NCBI GenBank assembly: GCA_964016885.1
Contig: OZ024740.1
Coordinates: 7,874,001 to 7,938,000 of the forward strand
Source: Eledone cirrhosa
Taxonomy: Eukaryota
DNA: 64,000 nucleotides
Direction: 5' to 3'
Shown: piece after piece, positions 24,623 through 32,244 of the stretch
How the letters are laid out: each line of letters starts with the position of its first letter
Numbering within the stretch: position 1 is the first letter of the stretch
Notes under the pieces: model-generated
Told to the model about the DNA's origin: nothing
Seen by the model: only the letters and a program-made list of their open reading frames with translations
The model's database searches: none
Made by a program: the position numbers and the translations under genes

Positions 24623-27600
24623 ATGCCAAAGATAAAGACAAATTCACCTCTTGGACGAGAATGCGAGCACTCCTCACTGTTTCGACCGCGGACGGCTAAC
24701 ATAACCCCATCGCCCCCCGCCCCCCACCGCCCCAACCCCCAAACGCAATCCAAAACTTCAGAGTTGGTACCATAAATGTAGGCACCCTAAAGGGTCGCGC
24801 TAACGAGGTTGTAGAAATGCTTGAACATAAGGAGGTCGATGTTTGTTGTATTCAAGAGACCAGGTGGAGGGGTGGGTCTGCTAGGTTCATTGAGGGTAAA
24901 AAACGATGTTATAAGCTTTTCTGGGTGGGAAACGACGATGGGCTGGGTGGAGTAGGAATCATGGTAGCAGAAAAGTGGGCAGATAAGATAATAGACGTAA
25001 ATAGAGTGAACGACAGAATAATTAAAATACGACTTGTCCTCAATAGAACTACGGTGACAGTAATATCTGCGTACGCACCCCAATCCGGACTGCCCGGCAC
25101 TATAAAAGACAGATTCTATGAGACACTGATGCTAACTACCTCCCAAATATCCGACAGTGACTATATAATTATCGCAGGCGACCTAAATGGTCACGTTGGA
25201 CAACATTGTGACGGCTACGACGAAATCCATGGAGGCTATGGGTTTGGTACTAGAAATGAGGAAGGCTCCAGAATCCTGGAATTCTGTGATGCAAATAACC
25301 TAACTATCTGTAACACTAACTTCAAAAAACGTGACAATCACCTGATCACCTATAGATCCGGGGAACACACAAGCCAGGTAGATTATATCCTTACCAGAAG
25401 ACGTGACAGAGTGTCTGTTGTAAACACTAAATCCCTCCCCCATGAAGAATGCACCTCCCAACATAGACTGATAATTAGCGACCTCATAGTCAGGACGAGA
25501 CGTACTCGACAGCAGAAGAGGACTATCCTCAGGAGAAAAATATGGAAGCTAAAGGACCCCACAGCCAGGAATAAATTTCAAAGCATATTACTTGATGCTT
25601 TCGACAGTAAGGAAGAACATTTAGAGTCGGACAATATAGAGGGAGAGTGGGAATTTCTGAAAGCAAACCTGCTGTTGGCGACAGACGAAGTCTGTGGCTG
25701 GAGCAGGCCTGTAGGCAGGAGGAGAGTAACATGGTGGTGGAACAGTAAGGTGGAGGGGTCAATTAAGGCCAAAAAGCAGGCTTGGAAAGTATGGCGGGAT
25801 GGGGGAAGTAGAGAGGACTATCAAGTGGCCAGGAGGGAAGCCAGGAGACAAGTGTACTTAGCAAGAAGGGAAGCTGAGGAAAGAAAGTTCAAGCATGTTC
25901 TACAACGCGATGACCAAAAACGTGAGGTGTTCAGGATTGCTAGGCAATGCGTCAAGGAAAACCGTGATATTGTCGGGGAGAAGTGTGTACTAAACGACGA
26001 TGGCACACTTGCCATCACCGACGCTGATAAGAAGGTAGCTTGGAAGTGTCACTATGAAAGGCTACTAAATGAGGAGAATAATTGGGAGAAAGGCAGTCTC
26101 CCCCATATCGACCCAATAGAGGGACCAGCAGTGTTAGTCGAGGGGAGTATAATAAGTAAGGCAATCAAGGATATGAAGACGGGTAAGGCGGCTGGGCCTT
26201 CGGAAATAGTTGCTGAGATGCTGAAGGCATCTGGCACGGTGGGACACACCATGGTCACCCGCATAGTTAACCAAGTCGTACAGAATGGGGTTGTTCCGAA
26301 GGACTGGCATAGCAGCATCATCGTTAACTGTTATAAGGGTAAAGGAGACGCCCTAGATAGGAGTAACTATAGAGGCATTAAAGTAATCGACCAGGTCATG
26401 AAGGTCACGGAAAAAGTAATAGCGCAACTAATCAGAGAGAGAATTGACCTAGATGAAATGCAGTTCGGGTTTGTGTCAGGCAAAAGTACCACAGACGCTC
26501 TTTTCATAGTACGACAACTACAGGAGAAGTACCTAGCTAAAGGTAAACCCCTCTACTTAGCTTTTGTCGACTTGGAGAAAGCCTTCGACAGAGTCCCCCG
26601 CTCCATTATCTGGTGGGCTCTTAGAAAACTAGGCGTTGACGAATGGCTTGTGAGGGCTATACAAGCCATGTATAAAGAAACAGTCAGCAAGGTTAGAATT
26701 AACAACGAATATAGTGAAGAGTTTAGCGTAAAAGTTGGCGTCCATCAGGGCTCTGTTCTCAGCCCACTACTATTTATTATTGCCCTTCAGGCTATAACAG
26801 AGGAGTTCAAGACAGGCTGCCCATGGGAACTCCTATACGCAGACGACCTGACACTCATAGCGGAATCAATGGCCGAGCTAGAGAAGAAATTCCAAACATG
26901 GAAGCACGGCCTAGAGTCAAAAGGACTTAAAATTAACCTGGCTAAGACCAAAGTACTAGTTTGTAGGAAAGAAAACAAGGCGGCGGTCCCTTCTGGGAAA
27001 TGGTCGTGCTCGGTGTGTAGGAAAGGCGTAGGTAGAAACTCCATTTTATGTCCTAAATGCAAAGTATGGGTGCATAAAAGATGTGGTGGGATCACAGGTA
27101 AGCTAACTAAGAACATAGATTTTACATGTGGCCGGTGCTCTGGTGCAATAAGTAGCAGCAAGTGCCCACAAACTACTAGCTCTTTCAATTGCGCAGAGGG
27201 TTCTATAGAAATAGTGGACAGCTTCCGTTACCTGGGCGATAAAATCAGCAGTGGGGGAGGGTGCTCTGAAAGTACTGTAGCTAGAGTCAGAACTGGTTGG
27301 AAAAAGTTCAGAGAGCTTATACCACTATTAGCTGCTAAAGGGTTCTCACTAAAAATGAAAGGCAGGTTGTACGATGCCTGCATACGAACAGCAATGCTGC
27401 ATGGCAGTGAGACCTGGGCATTGTGTGCAGAGGATATACGCAGACTAGAGAGGAACGAAGCTTGCATGCTCCGCTGGATGTGTAACAGTAATATACGTGA
27501 ACGGCAAAGCATAAACGAACTAAGGAAAAAATTAGAGATAAGAGGGATCAGATGTTGTTTACTCGAGAGAAGGCTACGTTGGTATGGACACGTGATGCGC

Positions 27601-27792
27601 ATGAAAGTCGATAGCTGTATAACAAAGTGCAGGGCAATAAAGATAGACGGTAGTCACGGAATAGGCAGACCTAGAAAAACCTGGGACGAGCTGATAAACT
27701 CCGACATCACACACTTACACCTCTCCAAGACAATGTCACTGGACCGAGACCTTTGGCGGTACTCAGTAACAGAGAAGACCCGCCTTACCTAA
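24623..27792 (+). CDS. RTE-A polyprotein: AP endonuclease, RT, PHD finger; one -1 frameshift near 24736-24740 (uninterrupted part 24817-27792, 991 aa)
   Basis: APE motifs GTINV, CIQET, SAYAPQ, AGDLNGHVG, SQVDYIL, SQHRL; RT motifs DLEKAFD, QGSVLSP, YADD, YLG. The N-terminus MPKIKTNSPLGRECEH aligns in frame with the 57.6-kb copy. Confidence 0.9.
27007..27138 (+). other. C4HC3 PHD-type zinc finger coding segment inside the RT
   Basis: CSVC-x10-CPKC-x4-H-x2-C-x14-CGRC; all eight ligands are conserved in all five RT copies. Confidence 0.85.
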
Positions 27793-28190
27793 ATATATAG
27801 TAAAACCTACTCCAGCCAGTAGGCATCTCTAACAAAATACACCCCGTCCCACCACCACCACCCCCACCCGATCCACACCACCCCGTTCTATGTAAAGTTA
27901 TGCTGGTGCCGCGCCATCGAGGCCGAAACAAATGAGATCGTGTAGGTGTCACGACAAAAAAACACACAGTCCACGCTGTAATGTGGCCGTGTAGGCAACA
28001 CGGTAAAAACCTCCCAGACCCACACTGTAAATGTGGTTGGTGTTAGGAAGGGCATCCAACTGTAGAAAACCTGCCAGACAGTCCTATGCGAGCAAGACAA
28101 TCACTCTTGCCTCAAGTGGGACTACCCCCGTCCAAACCCATGCAAGCGTGGAACACGGACGTTAAACGTTGATGATGATGATGATGATGA

Positions 28191-28525
28191 CAACCAGTAC
28201 TACTACCATCATTACTACAACTACAACTACTACCAGTACTACCGGTACTACTACCACCATTACTACAACTACAACGAGCACTACTACCACCATTACTACA
28301 ACTACTACTACTACCAGTACTACTACCACCATTACTACAACTACAACCAGCACTACTACCACCATTACTACAACTACTACCAGCACTACTACCACCATTA
28401 CTACAACTACTACTACTACCAGTACTACTACCACCATTACTACAGCTACAACTACTACCAGCACTACTACCACCATTACTACAACTACAACCAGTTCTAC
28501 TACCAACATTACTACAACCACAACA
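28191..28525 (+). repeat. Cryptic trinucleotide minisatellite (ACN-rich; unit about 30-36 bp ACCAG[C/T]ACTACTACCACCATTACTACAACTAC)
   Basis: About 9 copies of CTACTACCACCATTACTACA. Confidence 0.9.
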
Positions 28526-28684
28526 GCAAAACAGAAAAATACCAAAATTCCCCTCCCCACCATCCACCCACCTTGATTTCCCCACCCCCACAAAACAATC
28601 AACAGAAATAAATAAATTTTTTGGAGCTGGGGGTGTGGTTAAGAAAAAGATTTCTATTTTTGAAATATGATAACATGTCTCTTA

Positions 28685-28922
28685 GAAGAAGAAGAAGAAG
28701 AAGAAGAAGGCAAGGAAGAAGAAGAAGAAGAAGAAGAAGAAGAAGAAGAAGAAGAAGAAGAAGAAGAAGAAGAAAAAGAAGAAGAAGAAGAAAAAGAAGA
28801 AAAAGAAGAAGAAAAAGAAGAAGAAGAAGAAGAAGAAGAAAAAGAATAAGAATAAGAAAAAGAAGAAAAAGAAAAAGAAGAAGAAGAAGAAGAAGAAGAA
28901 GAAGAAGGCAAAGAGGAAGAAG
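28685..28922 (+). repeat. (GAA)n microsatellite, imperfect
   Basis: About 240-bp polypurine tract. Confidence 0.97.
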
Positions 28923-28989
28923 CAAGTCTGAGATGAAGAATTTAGGAAGGAAATATAAAGGTGCATGACATGGCAAGGGAAAAACAAGA

Positions 28990-28990
<1 letters not shown>

Positions 28991-29021
<31 letters not shown>
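28991..29021 (+). repeat. Poly(A) tract
   Basis: 31 consecutive A. Confidence 0.95.
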
Positions 29022-29022
<1 letters not shown>

Positions 29023-29145
29023 AATATTTGAATTGTGTGATGACATGCCAAGTACTGCAGGCAGATTTTTATAGTATTTATTTTGTTGTTACTTTTGTTG
29101 GTTTGATGTTTTGCAGCTGACTGAATTGTCTAAGTCTATTGTCTG

Positions 29146-29232
29146 ACACACACACACACACACAACCACCATACATATATACATACATACCTACACATCT
29201 ATTTATCTCTCTCTCTATATATATATAGATAT
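29146..29232 (+). repeat. Compound microsatellite (CA)n/(ATAC)n/(CT)n/(TA)n
   Basis: Read directly from the sequence. Confidence 0.85.
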
Positions 29233-29392
29233 ACGACCAAATGTTAAACAAGGTTCATTGATTACTCAATGAATATAGTTTTACAATAGATTAAAAGCAC
29301 TCTACAGTGAAGTTTTCAGGAGTTATTAATATTATTCAAAATATTAATAAATGAAGACATTCACATAATCAAAATATATATCATTATTATTT

Positions 29393-29580
29393 GGTGGATT
29401 GGCAGTATCGGTAGAGGGTCGGACGTCATGCTTTCCAGCATAGTTACGTCCCTTTACGATCCGAGTTCAAATCCTGGCGAGGTTGACTTTACCTTTAATC
29501 CTTACAGGGTCGATAAAATAAAGTACCAGTAATGCACTGGGTGATTGCTGGCCTTGTGCCTAAAGTAGAAACAATTATTA
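29393..29580 (+). mobile_element. tRNA-derived SINE, degenerate
   Basis: A-box-like TGGCAGTATCGG (29400), B-box GAGTTCAAATCC (29463), central GACTTTACCTTTAATCCTTACAGGGTCGATAAAATAAAGTACCAGT resembling conserved invertebrate SINE cores (from memory), (ATT)n end. Confidence 0.7.
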
Positions 29581-29840
29581 TATATATTTCGGAGGTGCTG
29601 TGCTGTTTTTTCGGTGCGTCCTCATCAGATAAAATGCATAAATTGATGTATGACGTACCTCAGCTGTGCTGATGGTTCAATTCTAGTATTGGCAGTCTTG
29701 TTTTGTTGTAATTAATCACTGCCAAGACTGGAATTGAACCATCAGCACGGTTGAGGTGTGTCTTACATCAATTTATGTATTTTGTCTGATGAGGACGTGC
29801 TGAAAAAACAGCACAGTACCTCCGAAATATCTATAATAAT
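29574..29840. repeat. Long inverted repeat: 123-bp arms (29574-29696 and 29718-29840), 21-nt loop
   Basis: Base-by-base pairing without indels: 109 Watson-Crick, 11 G.T, 3 other mismatches. Confidence 0.95.
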
Positions 29841-29845
29841 AATAA

Positions 29846-29885
<40 letters not shown>

Positions 29886-29904
29886 GTATATATATATGTA
29901 TATA
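29846..29904 (+). repeat. (TA)n microsatellite
   Basis: Read directly from the sequence. Confidence 0.95.
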
Positions 29905-31400
29905 AATCTGGTGGGCTCTTAGAAAACTAGGAGTAGATGAATGGCTTGTGAAAGCGGTACAAGCCATGTATAGGGGAGCAGTCAGCAAAGTTAGGATTGG
30001 CAATGAGTATAGCGAGGAATTTAGCGTACAGGTTGGGGTCCACCAGGGCTCTGTTCTTAGCCCTCTCCTGTTCATCATAGTCCTGCAGGCAATAACGGAG
30101 GAGTTTATGACCGGATGCCCATGGGAACTCCTGTATGCTGATGACCTCGCACTCATAGCTGAATCTATGGTAGAACTAGAGAATAAATTCCAAACCTGGA
30201 AGCAGGGACTAGAGAGAAAGGGCCTCAAAGTCAACATGACAAAGACTAAGGTCCTTATAAGTAGACGAGAAAACAGAACGCAGATCCCCTCAGGGAAATG
30301 GCCTTGCTCAGTATGTAGGAAAGGTGTAGGTAGGAACTCCATTCTTTGCCCCAAATGCAAACAATGGGTACACAAGAGATGTAGCGGGATCTCAGGAAGC
30401 TTAATTAAGAATGTAGGATTCACATGCAGCAGCTGTGCTGAAACAGCAAGCAATCAGCCACAGGAAACAAGTACCACCAATCTCTGGGAGGGCCCTGTAG
30501 AAACAGTAGACAGCTTCTGCTACCTAGGTGACCGAATTAGCAACGGAGGTGGGTGCTCAGAAAGTACAATAACTAGGGTAAGAACGGGATGGAAGAAGTT
30601 TAGGGAACTACTACCACTGCTAGCTGCAAAAGGCTTCTCCCTCAGAATGAAAGGCAGACTGTATGATGCGTGTATCCGAACAGCGATGTTGCATGGTAGT
30701 GAGACCTGGGCGCTGAAGGTGGAAGACTTACGTAGATTAGAGAGAAACGAAGCCTGCATGCTCCGATGGATGTGTAACAGTAATATACGTGAACGACAAA
30801 GCATAAATGAATTGAGAGAGAGACTGAGCATAAGAGGAATCAAATGCTGCGTGCAGGAGAGGCGGTTACGCTGGTATGGACATGTGATGCGTATGAAGGA
30901 TGACAGCTGCATAAAAAGGTGCAGAGCACTAGAAGTTGATGGAAACCGCGGAGTGGGGAGACCCAAGATGACTTGGGATGAGGTGATAAAAGCCGACCTT
31001 ACCCAACTACACCTCTCAAAGTCAATTACACACGACCGTGACTTCTGGCGTCACGCAGTAATACAGGGTACCCGACCTCCCATGGGTACATGCTGAAGCA
31101 TATAAACAATATGCCCCCACCCCCCACCGCAAGGTGGTCGTGGAGGTGCCACGGCAAAAAAGCACCCAGCCCACACTGTAAAGTGGACGTGTAGGCGCCA
31201 CGAAAAAGCACCCAGCACTCACTGTAAATGAGGTTGGTGTTAGGAAGGGCATCCAGCTGTAGAAATCAAGCCAGATCAGTTCCTGTATGAGCAAGGCATG
31301 GTCAGCCGACCAGACACTGCCCACAACAGGACAACCCGTCTAACCCATGCCAGCGTGGAAGAACGGACGTAAAACGGTGATGATGATGATGATGATGATG

Positions 31401-31402
<2 letters not shown>
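29905..31402 (+). mobile_element. RTE subfamily B, heavily 5'-truncated, inserted in a (TA)n tract
   Basis: Near-identical to 21321-22820; (TA)n on both sides; tail GATGAT runs into ATATAT. Confidence 0.96.
29906..31096 (+). CDS. Partial RTE-B RT ORF (C-terminal half with PHD finger)
   Basis: Track ORF 29948-31096, frame open from 29906; only a few residues differ from the 20887-22515 protein. Confidence 0.85.
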   Translation: MWWALRKLGVDEWLVKAVQAMYRGAVSKVRIGNEYSEEFSVQVGVHQGSVLSPLLFIIVLQAITEEFMTGCPWELLYADDLALIAESMVELENKFQTWKQGLERKGLKVNMTKTKVLISRRENRTQIPSGKWPCSVCRKGVGRNSILCPKCKQWVHKRCSGISGSLIKNVGFTCSSCAETASNQPQETSTTNLWEGPVETVDSFCYLGDRISNGGGCSESTITRVRTGWKKFRELLPLLAAKGFSLRMKGRLYDACIRTAMLHGSETWALKVEDLRRLERNEACMLRWMCNSNIRERQSINELRERLSIRGIKCCVQERRLRWYGHVMRMKDDSCIKRCRALEVDGNRGVGRPKMTWDEVIKADLTQLHLSKSITHDRDFWRHAVIQGTRPPMGTC

Positions 31403-31438
<36 letters not shown>

Positions 31439-31548
31439 GTGTATATATATGTATATATATATATATATATCTATATATATATATATATATATATATCTAT
31501 ACATATATATCTATATATATATCTATATATATATATATATATATATAT
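31401..31548 (+). repeat. (TA)n microsatellite, imperfect
   Basis: Read directly from the sequence. Confidence 0.95.
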
Positions 31549-32244
31549 GGACCGAGACCTTTGGCGGTACTCAGTAATAGAGAAGACCCGCCTTACCTAA
31601 ATACAAAGTAAAACCTACTACAGCCAGTAGGCATCTCTAACAAAATACACCCCCGTCCCCCCACCCCATCCACACCACCCCTTCAATGTAAAGTTATGTT
31701 GGTGCCACAACATCCAGGCCGAAACAAATGAGATCGTGTAGACACAGTCCACGCTGTAATGTGGAAGGGCATCCAGCTGTAGAAAACCTGCCAGACAGTC
31801 CACGCTGTAATGTGGTCGTGTAGGTAACACGGTAAAAACCTCCCAGCCCCACACTGTAAATGTGGTTGGTGTTAGGAAGGGCATCCAGCTGTAGAAAACC
31901 TGCCAGACAGTCCACGCTGTAATGTGGCCGTGTAGGTAACACGGTAAAAACCTCCCAGCCCCACACTGTAAATGTGGTTGGTGTTAGGAAGGGCATCCAG
32001 CTGTAGAAAACCTGCCAGACAGTCCACGCTGTAATGTGGCCGTGTAGGTAACACGGTAAAAACCTCCCAGCCCCACACTGTAAATGTGGTTGGTGTTAGG
32101 AAGGGCATCCAGCTGTAGAAAACCTGCTAGACAGTCCTATGCGAGCAAGACAATCACTCTTGCCTCAAGTGGGAAAACCCCCGTCCAAACCCATGCAAGC
32201 GTGGAACACGGACGTTAAACGATGTTGATGATGATGATGATGAT
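31548..32244 (+). mobile_element. RTE subfamily A 3'-terminal fragment with an amplified 3' UTR segment and (GAT)n tail
   Basis: Starts TGGACCGAGACCTTTGGCGG (equivalent to 27740); tail 32221-32244. Confidence 0.95.
31744..32137 (+). repeat. 112-bp tandem repeat (3 full copies plus one internally deleted copy) within the RTE-A 3' UTR
   Basis: ACAGTCC at 31744, 31795, 31907, 32019 and 32131. Confidence 0.95.

Larger units (their letters stand above)
24623..28190 (+). mobile_element. RTE-clade LINE subfamily A, full coding length, with 3' UTR and (GAT)n tail (5' UTR extends upstream)
   Basis: Single ORF of about 3.2 kb, 3' UTR 27793-28169, (TGA)n tail 28170-28190. Confidence 0.96.

Noticed and set aside
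24289-24699. 136-aa ORF as a possible ORF1, in frame with the pol ORF across a TAA
   Set aside because: Non-ATG start and no recognisable domain; the in-frame relationship results from the 1-bp deletion at about 24738, and synonymous changes support the alternative frame from 24623.
23790-28200. Target-site duplication for the full-length RTE-A
   Set aside because: No upstream match to the post-tail sequence CAACCAGTAC was found by eye, so the element's 5' boundary is left undefined.
28112-29051. Poly-Thr, poly-Val, poly-Glu, poly-Arg, poly-Ser and poly-Phe ORFs
   Set aside because: Translations of ACN and GAA simple repeats; the start codons come from the (GAT)n tail or chance.
29393-29480. 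tRNA gene
   Set aside because: A and B boxes are present but no cloverleaf; it continues into a SINE body.
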